A DNA stretch of 64,000 bases from Camelus ferus. Lineage: Eukaryota. Within the stretch, counting starts at the first letter, position 1; each line of letters opens with the position of its first letter. The stretch covers positions 80,664,001 through 80,728,000 of the forward strand of contig NC_045696.1 of the NCBI RefSeq assembly GCF_009834535.1, read 5' to 3'. Both the position numbers and the translations under genes were made by a program. Shown in pieces: positions 26,286 through 38,272 of the stretch. Below the pieces are notes generated by a model that searched no databases, was not told the origin of the DNA, and saw only the letters and a list, made by a program, of their open reading frames with translations.

Positions 26286-27499
26286 ATTAATATGTTAACA
26301 TGAATGGCAGACGATGGAAACTTATTTAAATAAATATTGGCTGAACTTGAATTTTAAGAGAGAGGCATATTAGAGAGATAAGAGATGAATTTAAAGGGGA
26401 TAAAGCATCAAAGAGATATTCCTCTTTGAATCACGTGTTAGCACCAGAAAACCAGCTGTTCCTTTTTCCTCACCCGTTGTCTCTTTTGGCATGGGAAAGC
26501 ATCTGCCACTTAGAAAAGCCACTGTTGACCTTGGTGTTGCCAGTTTAAAGATGATATTAAAAACAAAGCCTGGGCCAGGAGGGAAAAAACTTGTGTGTTT
26601 GTCTTTTTTTGTTTCTTTTCACAATTCAGGTGGAAAAGAAGTAAAGATTCAAATAGAGGAGAAAATACTCTAAAAATGCAGCAATCTCCTAGGCTGAAAT
26701 TTAAGGAATATTTACTGTTTAGAATTTTTAGTGTTTATTTAGGTGGATATCTGGAAACAAACAGGCTTAATACTTTATCCTGCAAGTTCAAAAAAGGCAA
26801 ATCAATATATGTTCTAATTGCAATGTCCCACCTGCCTTATTTACTGAAGAAAACAGTGTACTATTACTAGAAACACCCACACATAAGTAAATGAAACACT
26901 ATTATGCAAGAATCTGAGGAACGCCAAATAAAGAACAGCCTGGTATTAAAAAATAAATAGAAATGACTCCTTCTGTTAGTTGCAGCCACATATACTTTCC
27001 CTTGCACCTAAGATCTCCAACAGATTTAATTTCTCTCTGGTTTGTCTTCAGAATTGGGGAGGAGAAATCCTGGATTTGGCAGGCGCTGAGCTTGGAACCC
27101 ACACCGACTCAAGCAGTGCTGTTGGTTCAGACTTGAAGCCAGTAACACTTCCAGCCCCAGGGAAACCTCTGTTCCAAATTTTTCCCTCATTCCACAAGGG
27201 GATTCTCCTTGCAAAAGGCTTTGGCTGTTCCTAAAGCTTTCTCTCATTTTGTCTTTTAAAAAGTTTTGTGGGGTTGGAACATTGCAGGTTTTTCCCCTCC
27301 CTCTTCACCCAGATGTTTCTGGTTCTCAGGATGTACACCTGTGAAGCTGGGTCACTTGGGAGAAATGTTTGAGTTTTATTTACAGCAGAGAAGAACGTGA
27401 TCATCACATGCAAATGTTCAAAATGGTCATTTTGTTCTCAGGGACCGACTGCAAGACCTACTAGGATAGAATTTGTAGGGATATTTAAAAAACCATTAA

Positions 27500-28900
27500 G
27501 GTCAAGTCATCTAATCGTTAAATATTTTTTGAGTGCCTATGCTGGTTCCCCAGCACTGTTCTGTCTAGGTGCTGGAAATACAGAAATGGGGGGAAAAAGA
27601 AGTAGAAGGAAGAGACAAATCTCTGCTCTAATCAGGGAAGGAGATAAGTAAAGATGGACAATATTTTTAAAAATAACTAATAAACAGCTAAACATAGAAT
27701 CTGTTAAATGAAATTGTCCTGAACTTTGAAAGAGAAATTTATAAACTGAGATGCCTGCTTTTTGTCATGATGGTGGTCTCCTCCTTGCTTCAATGAAAGA
27801 TGATCTACGTGAAGTGTCTAGTATAATATCTGACACAAAGTAGGTGCTCAATAATATTAATTCCTGCTCTTTTCCTAGCTTCAGCTACCTATCCAATAAA
27901 AGTGTTTTTGCACACTGAGACTCACTTTTAGAAAAATACACCACTTAACTTCAGTCTAGGGGGACTAGATGCAGCCATGATGGAATAATTCATATCATCA
28001 AAAGTTACTGTTAGTCACTCAATTCATTCTGAATCACTTTCAGAATAAATATTATCAAGAAGCTACTACTTATCAAGCACATTTACAGGCAAAGGAATAC
28101 AGAAATTATGGAGCCACCATCCTTACTCTCCAGAGTGATTAGATAGGACAGCAGAAACTCCAAAGTAAGGCAGTGTAAGATAACATCCCATGGACAGATA
28201 TATTCTTTTGGGAGCCCAAGGAAGGAAAGAATATTTTTTTTGTATTTGAGGAGAGAAAGGAGGAAGAGCATGCAGAGGGACTTCAATAGGTAGATGTCCT
28301 CTCACATGAGCCACACAGAACTAAACAGGGTTTGCCGGGCAGGGGAGGGACCCAGGAAAGCCCATGGAACGTCTGGGCCCCAAGAGTTGTCTAGTTTGCC
28401 TAAAACACAGAATGTGCAAGGTGGGTGGTGGGAGGTGGACCTGGAAGGGATTTTGGGATCATAACATGAGTGTTTCCAGTGGCAGGGGAAGGGTTGGTAT
28501 TTCACGTGGGCAGCACTGTGGCACATTTTGAGATTTTTGAGATGAGACATAACATGATCAGCTGTGCATCAGGCAACAGGCAGGCAATGGGAAGACCAGT
28601 AGAAGGTGACTGTCATCCTCCAGCTAAGAAGGAACGAGGATCATAGGTAGGGCAGTAGCTGCGGGAATTTATAAAAGTTTCGATCAAGATGATCCTGTTT
28701 CACTGTCTTTGTAGGACCTGTCACAGTTTGGAATTATCATATTCACATGTTTGCGTGGTTATGGTCCTTCTCCCTCACTACATTACAAACTCCATGAGAG
28801 CAGGGACCTTGTCTCTCCCCTTCTTTGCTGCCTTCCTGGTGCCTACAATGTTTGCTGGTCCACAGCAGGAACTTGATAAAGATATGTTTAATGAATGAAT
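27500..28900. mobile_element. Cluster of L2 fragments (both orientations) and a MIR fragment
   Basis: tttttgagtgcctatg (L2 antisense), gtaggtgctcaataatatt (MIR end), aaactccatgagagcagggacc...atgtttaatgaatgaatg (L2 sense end). Confidence 0.65.
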
Positions 28901-30134
28901 GACTTGTGTGGAATTGGTGTGCCTTGGAAAAACAAGTGATGCAGAACAGGTGGCAGGCAGAAATGTCAAGATGCTCTGAGTAGAGTTTCCAGCTTGGTCC
29001 TCAGAAGAATGTTGAACACACAGCTGGCTTTCCGTATATCAACTTATTTTCTTTAGCACTTGTACTTTGTATCTTCAAGAGATGACTTTTTCTTTAGAAT
29101 GATACATTTTGTTATTGCTTTCATTGTCCATTTGTTGTTTTATGTTTTTCTGATTAAAGGCTTGGCAATGAAATTTGTTTTTCATTTTTTATCAAGAATG
29201 TTTTCAAGGGAGGAGATCTTTTCCTTCTACTATTGATAAATTATCAGGACCCCTGGAGATGTGTACCACGAATCAGAAAGGTTTATCTACAATCAGTAAG
29301 AAAAGAACCTAGGGCTTGTCTGGCAACAGATTCCTATATATAAAGAAACTCTCCAGCTTTGATAAATACGGCTTCCAAAACTTGAAATATTTCTTAAAAA
29401 CAAGGTGGTACATTTCCTGAGTTACTGTTATATTAAAGGCAGAGAGGAAGGATGGATTTCAAATCTGATATGGGAGGAGAGGGCAGGTGAAAGAAGAAAC
29501 TGCATCAGAGAACTGGTAAAGATGAAAGGACATGTGACTTGAGGTTTATTTTGGGGAAGTGAATTTGTAGCCTCTAGGAAAGTGGGGAATACAAGGATTT
29601 ATAGGACCAAGAAGTATGGAGCCAGGAATTAGGTAGAAATAATTGGCACCCATCTGCTTTGTGAAGTGGCCTTGTTCCCCCTTAGGGGTTGAGCTAAAAG
29701 ATTCTCCATGGAGAAGGTGGTATCTGCATTGTGAAGAACCAGGGAAAGGAGATGGCTGAGGAGCATTCTCTGAGCAGCATTTCGTGAAAAATGGGCATGG
29801 TAGTGACAAGAATAGCCGTGTCAGGCAGAAAGTTTCAGAATAAGCTGGTTTACACAAGACCAAGTAGCACTAGTAGGGGGAGAGGCTGACGGTGCCAATC
29901 AGCACAGGAGGAGGCTCTCTGACCACCTCCACACATCACAGCTCAAGGGGGGCACCACTTGCATGTAGCTTATGTAAACGGGGTTGTGCTCCAGGGGTGA
30001 CAGTCTCACAGGCACTGGACTCCAGTCACCTAGACAGTATTCTCCATTGCCCTATTTCAGGACGCCCCTCCAACCCCCAAAATAGTATAATAAGGAGTAC
30101 TGTCTACTAGGGAGATGAACGTCTTGGGTTTTGC

Positions 30135-30300
30135 CGTTAAGGCTTCTTTCGGTTTCAAGTAACAGAAGCTCAACTCAAATAGCTTAAACAATGGAGGTAA
30201 TGTACTGGCTCACTCCTGTACATTCCAGGGGTGGAGCTGGCCTCTGTTTCCCTCTCTGGGCCCTGCCTTCCTCTGGCTGTTAGTGTCAATATCTCCTACG
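30135..30300 (-). mobile_element. Old MLT1 (J/K-like) LTR fragment
   Basis: ttcaagtaacagaagctcaactcaaatagcttaaacaat...tactggctcac. Confidence 0.55.
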
Positions 30301-31647
30301 TCTGGGTTTTCCTACGCTTTATGTGTGTGATGGGGATAGGCACGGGGCGTGTGTGTGTTGGGAGTGTGTGTGTGTGAGTGATATTTTCCTTGGTAGCCCC
30401 CTCAACTCCCAGAACCACACAAAACAGTAGAGATACAGTTTATTTTAGGGAAGCGATATTGTTATCTTCTGGATTATGCAGGATGTGAAGACCACAAATA
30501 AAATGTCTGTGAGCAGGCTTGGGTAGGGTTGCTGGTGGGCCATTAATTATCACATCTGTTAAACTGTATGCTAAAAATGACTTCCTTAAAACTTTTTAAA
30601 TAAACTCCTTGTTGAAGTAATTCCATTATAGTCTTAAGGAAACCCGACATGAAAAATTCTGTTTAAAAATCTTCTTTCAAGGTTAATTTGCAGTCTTAAT
30701 TAATATGGATTGGTGAGTGATTATGTAATTCTCCTAGAAGTGAGTATTACTGGATTAGGTTATAATGAGTATTTTACAGAGAAAGTCATACATGGAGTGT
30801 GTTTTCAGTCTTTGTCATCTGGTTCTAGTCTCTGTTTGGCAACAGGATTTTATACGTGGCTCTGTTAGTGCAGCCAAAAACCCTGCTTACTTCACAACTT
30901 GCCACTCTTTTCAAAGATTTAGTTAGAGACTGAAGCTTATAGCACATGCTGCTGGATTAAGCATCTGAAGTGAGAGTCTCATGGGCCTAAAATATCTCTT
31001 GTACCCACACATTTCCTGGTAGGCCAAACTTCACAAAACAAACATAGATGACCTCTCATCCATCCAGTCTTCCGGAAAGTTTAGAAGTGATGCAACCTTT
31101 TGGCAATATGACATGACACATTGCTTTACTTGTGCAGAGCATGAACTTCCTTCGTTCTGCACAACCCCAGACAAACAAGCATTTACATTAGCGCTGCCCT
31201 GGATTCTGAAACAAAATCTCATCGACTTTAACAAAACTAGACATTAAATAAATGGCCTGGGCTTGGGGAAGAATGAGTCAACATATGACAACAGGGGAAG
31301 TCTTGTGGTTGCTTCAGTGACATCCAAGACATTTGAGAAAGTAGAAGCTGGTTTTTCTGTCAATACCTTGGTTTCCTTTCCTTTCTTCGTCCCCCCTGCA
31401 CGCAGGAATAACAATGTCTGGAATCAATATAGGGCTCTTCTTCCGAGAGGTTGAGTATTTTCCCACACGTGGAGAAGGCTGGCTCAGTTCCTCCCCTTTG
31501 CAGGAGAGTGTGAGCTGTGAGACTTCCTACTTCTTCTCTGCCCGCCTCATTTTTCTATCTACCATTAACCTAGCTCTCGACTCAGTTTCTCTTCCTGGGG
31601 TGGCTTATTTTGGTTTCTCTTATTCAATAAATATAAACAAATCTTTG

Positions 31648-31796
31648 GGGTGGGGAGGGTATAGCTCAAGTGGTAGAGTGCATGCTTAGCGTGCACTAGA
31701 TCCTGGGTTCAATCCCCAGTACCTCCACTGAAAAACTAACTAAATAAATAAACCTCATTACCTCCCCCCTGAAACAAAACAAAACAAAAAAACCAC
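31648..31796 (+). mobile_element. tRNA-derived SINE (vic-1-like) with TSD
   Basis: ggggagggtatagctcaagtggtagag...cctgggttcaatccccagtacctcc; 11-bp TSD acaaatctttg (31637-31647 and 31797-31807). Confidence 0.93.
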
Positions 31797-32594
31797 ACAA
31801 ATCTTTGAATCTTAATTAGTGTGCTATGTGCCTCTTTTACCCCCTTTTGACGATTCCGTGTATGTTTTGCTCATTTTGCTGCCTCCAAGATGGAATAGGT
31901 GCGCCCTTATTGTTTCCCAGGGGCTTTCATTTTGCTTTGTTTTACAGGTTTTCTTTCTCCTGAAATTGCCTGATTCCTCTATTTTCTCTAATCCTAAGAG
32001 ATAATCCATACTAAGAAGTGTCATTCATGGTACATAACTAGGCACAACCTGGTTGAAGAATTCTGGACAAGGAGGTAATTTCAAACTATTTTACTTACAG
32101 TTTGGAACCTTATATAGAACCCTTCACACTTGGTTCCCAGCCTATTTCTGCAGCCTGTTACTCCTTGTAATGTATCCCTATGATGGTGTGTCTCAAACTT
32201 TACAAAGTGAAGAACCCGCTGTTTTCATTTCCCATCTGTTGAGGTCGGGTATGTGGTCCCACTGTGCAGGACTAGTGTGCGGCATGGGCAACATGCCACC
32301 TACCACATGAACTTGACAACACTTGGTTTATATCCTGTCCAAGGACTGGAGCCCACCAACCCTGCAATGTCAGGTTGCTGACGTCTCTACAGTGTATTTG
32401 ATTTCTTGTATCCTCACAGAATGGAATGGACAGTCCACAGTCCACTGACCACACTCTGAGCAGCACAGCCATTCTACAAGATTCTTAACATTTTTTGAAC
32501 AAAGCTGGATTGTTATTGCTTTTGAACTTTGACCCTTGGTGTCCCCCTCGCTTTGCCTGGCCTATCTCTACTAGTCTCTGAAGGCCCACTTTAA

Positions 32595-33050
32595 ATTTTT
32601 TCTTTAATTGAGAAGTAATTCATGTAACATTCACCATTTTAATGTGTAAAATTCAGTGGTTTTTAGCACATCCACAATGTTGTGCCACCAGCACCACTAC
32701 CTAGTTCCATCCAGAACACTTCTGTCACCCCAAAAAGAAACCTTGTACCCATTAGCAGTTACTTCCTATTCCCCTCTTCTCCCAGCTCCTGACAACCACT
32801 ACTTTCTGTCTATATGATTTCTCTATTCTGAGAATTTCATTTCGATGAAATCATATGATATGTAGCCTTTTGTGACTGGCTTGTTTCACTTAGTCTAGTT
32901 TTTTCAAGGTTCATCCATGCAGTAGCATTTATCAGCCCTTCATTCCTTTTTATGGTGAATAATATTTTATTGTAATGGCTAGACCACATTTAGTTTTTAC
33001 TTTCATCAATTAATGGACATTTGAGTTGTTTCCACTTTTTGACTATTATG
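32595..33050 (-). mobile_element. L1MB-like 3' end followed by (TG)n
   Basis: cattcaccattttaatgtgtaaaattcagtgg, caccccaaaaagaaacc, atggacatttgagttgtttccactttttgac. Confidence 0.9.
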
Positions 33051-34351
33051 TGTGTGTGTGTGTGTGTGTGCACATGTGTCTATCTGTCTATAGATACAGC
33101 TATGTCTTGCAGTTATCATAATAGTAAAAGTGTGTTTTACTATCACCAATCTACAGATAAGACAATGGAGGTATGGAGAAATTAATAAATTTGCCTAAAA
33201 TCACACTTCTAACAGTAAAAGTAAACCTTACAGTAAAGAGCCTATTTAAATTATTTGATCATGAAAACCTCCCCTGCCCACGTTTTAAAAAACAGCACTT
33301 CTACAAATAATTCGAGAGTCTGTGTAACACAGTCTCCCCTCCCCCCATTTTTATTACCCCTGTGAAGCCTTCCCAGAAGGAGTTAATCACTTCCTCCTCC
33401 TTCCTGCTCTGGTCATAGTGTGTCATGGCTTTTAGGATGCTGTGTTGTAATTTATTTGTTTACACGTCTGCCTTTTCTCTGAGGGCAGGGCCCATGTCTC
33501 ATTTCTTTGTATCTCCAAAACTAAAAAGTGCCCAATTCAATGTTTAGTGATTTGAATATCTGTCACTGTCATATCTGACACATGCAAATTACTCAGAACC
33601 CCGAGTGAGAACAGCAAGGCACATTCCTCTGAAATGGGGAAGAAGGAAAACAAGTTCATCACTTTTCAGTGTGTCTTGAGATGAAAATCCAACACACATG
33701 AACATCTTTAGTTGCAGAGGCCCTGTGGGTTAGTGTGGGCTCTGGGCTGGTGCATGTTCTCAGCAGACGGATCTGCCAAGATAAAGATTCAACCTGTTTG
33801 AGTGAGCACGTGTCAATATGACTTCAAAAACGATGCTATTATGCCAGCCTGGTGTGTCCATTTTTTAAAAGATTCTTTTGCCTCCAAAAATGCTTTGTTT
33901 CTTCTCATGCTTTGATCCAGCAGCAGAAGAATATTGCTTATTCTGACTCTGGATAAAACTGGGGCAACAATGTGTTGGGCTTCCTACCTTTCGTTGCGTG
34001 CGGACAGTTCCTTTCATTGTCCACAGTCTTCCTCTGTACATTGGTCCATGACCTCTGCCTTTTCCAGCATCTATTTCTGTGTTTACTATCAGAAAAACAC
34101 TTCAGGTCACCTTCTCTTTTCATTATGCATATCAATTCTGCATGTCCCCATGGGTTAATGCAACACCCCTATGAAGGACATTTCACAGAGGTCAGCTGAT
34201 ATTCCTCAGGTCACACAGGAAGGTGAAAACTAAACCCAGAATCCAGACTTCCTGACCTATGTTTCCCACTAGTTTTCACTATCACTGTGGTTTTTTTTTA
34301 TTGTGATTGTTAAAGCTTCATGTGTTAACACCCCACCCCTCCACAAAATTT

Positions 34352-34377
34352 CATATATATATGTATATATATATGTG

Positions 34378-34425
<48 letters not shown>

Positions 34426-34466
34426 AAGAGAGAGAGAGAGATAGAAAGAGAGAGAGAGAGAGAGAC
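34352..34466. repeat. Compound (TA)n(GA)n microsatellite
   Basis: Directly visible dinucleotide runs. Confidence 0.95.
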
Positions 34467-34651
34467 ATGAAAAGTTCTCTATCCACAAGGGAATGGAAAT
34501 TGTGAAGAAAGCCGTGGAGAACCTCCAAATTACATTCATTATTTGTCCAAAGGGCTAGGTTAAATACACAGGAAAGGGTAGTCTTCCTCCCTCCTAAGGG
34601 TGGACCCAGTTCATCTGAAGAGGCCCTTCTCTGGCTATCCCTGAGACTCAC

Positions 34652-34694
34652 GCAGGTGGTGATCTCATCTTTCTCTGGGCAAGTGTGGCATTTA
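34652..34694 (-). CDS. Candidate 43-nt internal exon
   Basis: Acceptor tctgccctttcag, donor TGC|gtgagt; phase-compatible with the flanking candidates. Confidence 0.25.
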
Positions 34695-37209
34695 CTGAAA
34701 GGGCAGACACCCCCCAGGGAGCAGGCAGGCGGGCCAGGATGTGGGGAGGGTGATTCAGCAGGTGACAGCAGTTCCTCTCCCGCTGCCCTGCAGAAACACC
34801 CCAGAGGCTCGACCTCTCAGACAAGTTTCAGAGGAGAGAGCCCAGACTCCTAGCTGGGCTCTCTTCCTCAAGGTGAACTTTCCATTTGCCTCTTTAGGCG
34901 AAAAATTTCATAGACTGACTCACATAAATCAGAAAATCCCTTATGAATCTGATCACTGCAGTATGGTTTCCTTGCCTTTTATTATGGAAAGGATTGGTAG
35001 TAAGCCCATTCCAACTTTATCCCAGCTCCCAATAAGATGTTGGGGTGCTGCAAGTTGGGAAGCCCCAGCGTCCAGCACAATCGGGGGCCCCCAGCAAGTG
35101 GCTGAGACATGTTTGTTGAGGAAAGGAGGAGAAGAACGGAAAATTTTGAAAGACTCTCTTCTTGAACTTTCTTGATCTATTCTGAGTTTAATAAGCACAT
35201 AAATGTGATGTTTCACTGAAACTCTAAATGTAACTATTGATATCAGAAAGCTTGTAATAAATAAAATTAATATGAAATGAGCTGATGTCTTTTTCCTTAC
35301 TGCGAGGCACTTGGATGGTAAGAATTGAAATGTTGTTCCCTTGAAGCATATTTTAAAGTATGTTTTTTCCTTTCTCAGTGTATATTTTTAGACCAAACAT
35401 TAACATGCAAATTATATGGATCAACCCTCTCCCCCCACAGCCTTCATAATAGCCTGTGAAAAGTCAGACCACAAAGGCACAAAGACGGTCTTATTACTTT
35501 TAACCTTTGGGGAAAGAGCCTTCATCTACCACTCAGAATTTCCTTGGGTATCAAATGCAAAACATACCTATGGCTCCAAAGGGCTCAGCCAGATAGCACT
35601 CCCACACACATGCCAAGGTGCTCTTTGGACTCTGCTATGGAGACAGCCTGGAAATTAATGACACAGACTGAGAAGGACAAAGAGAGGGGAAAGGGATTTC
35701 TGAAATGTCAGGGACACCCTCCTGCTGACTCTTTCCCAGTTACTTGTCAGGGGCTTTTCTCCGTGGTGCTGGAGCTGGGTTTTCCCACAGGTAAACTGGG
35801 CATTCAGGGTGCACGAAGGGCTCCTGTTTTTCTGGGAAGCCCTAGGGTGTGATCAGGAACCTAGCCGGGGTCGGGAGTGTCACCTGATGTCGGTTACTTC
35901 AGGGGGACGGTCCTACGCTGATGTTAGGCGTTGATGAGGGAGGTGAAGTTTGGTGCTTCCAAGGGTCCCCTGGTCCTAGCCACACTTTCTCTCTATCTCC
36001 TGAGAAAGAAAACCGGTTCCTGTCATTCCCCTGCTTTAAATCTAACTTTGGGCTTTTATTACCCATAGACAAAGTCTACATTTTTGAGTATAGCATGCAA
36101 TTATCTTACGGAACTGGCTCCAATCTACCCATCCTCGTTCCTGTCTTGACACTTGTGGATTGTTTGCCCCAAGGACCCTACACAGGCAGTTACTGAAAAC
36201 CTTTGCTGGTCTTCAGAACACTGGATGCCACAGCACAAGCTCTCTTCCTGGCCCCATTGGCTCCACTGATCACGCCTGGTAAACCGTTGGTCCTTGGGAA
36301 CCGTTCAACTGTTAGGCATCGCTGAGCTCCCTCCCCAACTTGTTCAAAATCTCTACTGTGAGGCTTATTCCATTAGAGTGGGATTAATTGCTTAAATTTC
36401 TGAATCTTCTACAAGACTACGAACTCTTTGAAGGCAGGGGCTGTATTCATTTCTCTCTGAATTCCCATCTTCTGCACAGGCCCGGCAAGGATGAAGTTAT
36501 TTTGGTGCAAGACATACATATTATACTCTGGTCATGTGCAATCTGCTCTTGTCCTGAGAGCAAATAACTGGGAAGTGGCATGACCCCAGGGAAAGTAGTG
36601 TCTGCCAACCCTCCTATATACTCTGCTTGGGAATTCATCTCCCCCGAAGGCTAGGAGTTAAATAAGATTAAATTTATTTCCCCTATGTAAATAATATCAA
36701 GTCAAATCAGAAGGCAACATTGAAACAAAGATTGTTGGAGTGAGAGTTAATGAAACTGGATTCTAGCTTTAGCTCTGACACTAAATAGTTGTGCACCACT
36801 GGAGAGACTATTTGGCCTCTCTGACCATCAGTTTCTACATCTATAAAATTCAGAAATTGGTCTGGGTCATGTTATTTTCTAAGGAATATCTATAGTCTCC
36901 TATGGGGCAAAAATGCTCTGGAGGGGTTTGCAGGAAAGGCAAAGTGAAAAGAAACTGGGTGGGTTTTCAGATAGAAGATAGTTGTGAAAGCACCCAACAC
37001 AGGCCTGGTGCACAGAGAGTCCTCTAGAGGTGAGGGGTCTATTTCTCCCTAAAGACTTTATTTCTATACCTCGGTGTACTAGGGAAACCAGACTTACCCT
37101 GTGTATTCCACTGACCTGATCTAGAGCTTCACCCCTTTTGAGAAATTCCTCCTTTCTCCCTTACTGCAGTGGGCCACCTTTGCGGAGGTAAGCACAGAAA
37201 AGTGGGAGG

Positions 37210-37675
37210 TGTTATGAGCTGAAATGTGTCCCCTGAAAAAGATGTGTTAGAAATCCTAACTCCTGGTACTTCAGGATGTGACCTTATTTGAAAAGAGGAC
37301 CATTACAGAAGTAACCAAGTTAAAATGAGGTCATTAGGATGGGCTTTAATCCAACATAGCTGGTGTCCTTACAAAAGGGGAATGTGGACACAGAGATAGA
37401 CACACAGAGTATATGATGTGAAGACACACAGGGAGAAGTTAGTTGGGTCACTGGAGTGAGGCATCTAAAATCCAAGGAACACCAAGGACAACTGGCAAAC
37501 ACCAGAAGGTAGAAGTGAAAAATGATTCTCCCCAAGAGCTGTCAGACAGAGCCTGGCTTTGCAAATGCCTCGATTTTGGACTTCTAGTCTCCAGAACTCC
37601 AGACAACACATTTCTGTTGTTTTAAGCCACCCAATTTCTGATACTTTGTTATAGCAGTCCTGGGAAACTAATACA
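37210..37675 (+). mobile_element. MaLR solo LTR (MLT1C-like), 466 bp
   Basis: tgttatgagctgaaatgtgtccc start, ggaaactaataca end, partial TSD ggagg / ggatc. Confidence 0.9.
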
Positions 37676-38226
37676 GGATCCAAGCTGAGCTGTATGGGCA
37701 GCACAGAGAAAGAGTGGGAGGGGTGTGTGTGTGCGTGTGCGTGTGTGGTGTGTTAGAAGGTAATTTACATCATGGGAGGGTAATGTATGACCTCACGGAA
37801 ACTAAGCAGACACTACCTGCCAAAAATGACTTAAACTCATCGACAGAGTCTACCTATCCTTTCTTCCTCCCCTTTTCACTCTTCTTTCTTTTCTTGCCTT
37901 GTTGCAACTTCCAAACCTTCCCTTACCTCCTCTCTGCAGCCCTGCATTGGCTCCTTTAAAAGGGACATTTTATTCTGATGTTTACTTAGAAATGTTAGTA
38001 CTACACAATCTCAAAGTGCGGGAGAGAGACTGAGGCCTTCTGCTTGGAGGAGATTTTAGGTGGCTCAGACCCTGGTGGCACCAGTAAAAGGAAGCCAACT
38101 AAGGTAAACTTTTTTTTTCCCCCAGTTCGTAAATCCTCCTTGTGAAACTAGTATAATAGGGGCTATATAAGAACTCTGCTGGATTCTCCCTTCTGGAACC
38201 CTCAGGGTGCTTGACATAACCCTCAC

Positions 38227-38272
38227 CCTCCGCACGGTGGAGGGTGGAGAGGCCTCCCTCTGTGTGCTCCAT
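38227..38272 (-). CDS. Candidate first coding segment (MEHTEGGLSTLHRAE) of a hypothetical spliced microprotein; exon 38227-38366
   Basis: Acceptor tattttttaag, ATG in good Kozak context (GTGATGG) with an upstream in-frame TGA, donor AGG|gtgagg; no homology recognised. Confidence 0.22.

Noticed and set aside
31648..31730. tRNA gene (A and B boxes); likewise the copies at 5067, 7921, 40687 and 51781
   Set aside because: These are SINE heads with A-rich tails, and in one case a clear TSD, not standalone tRNA genes
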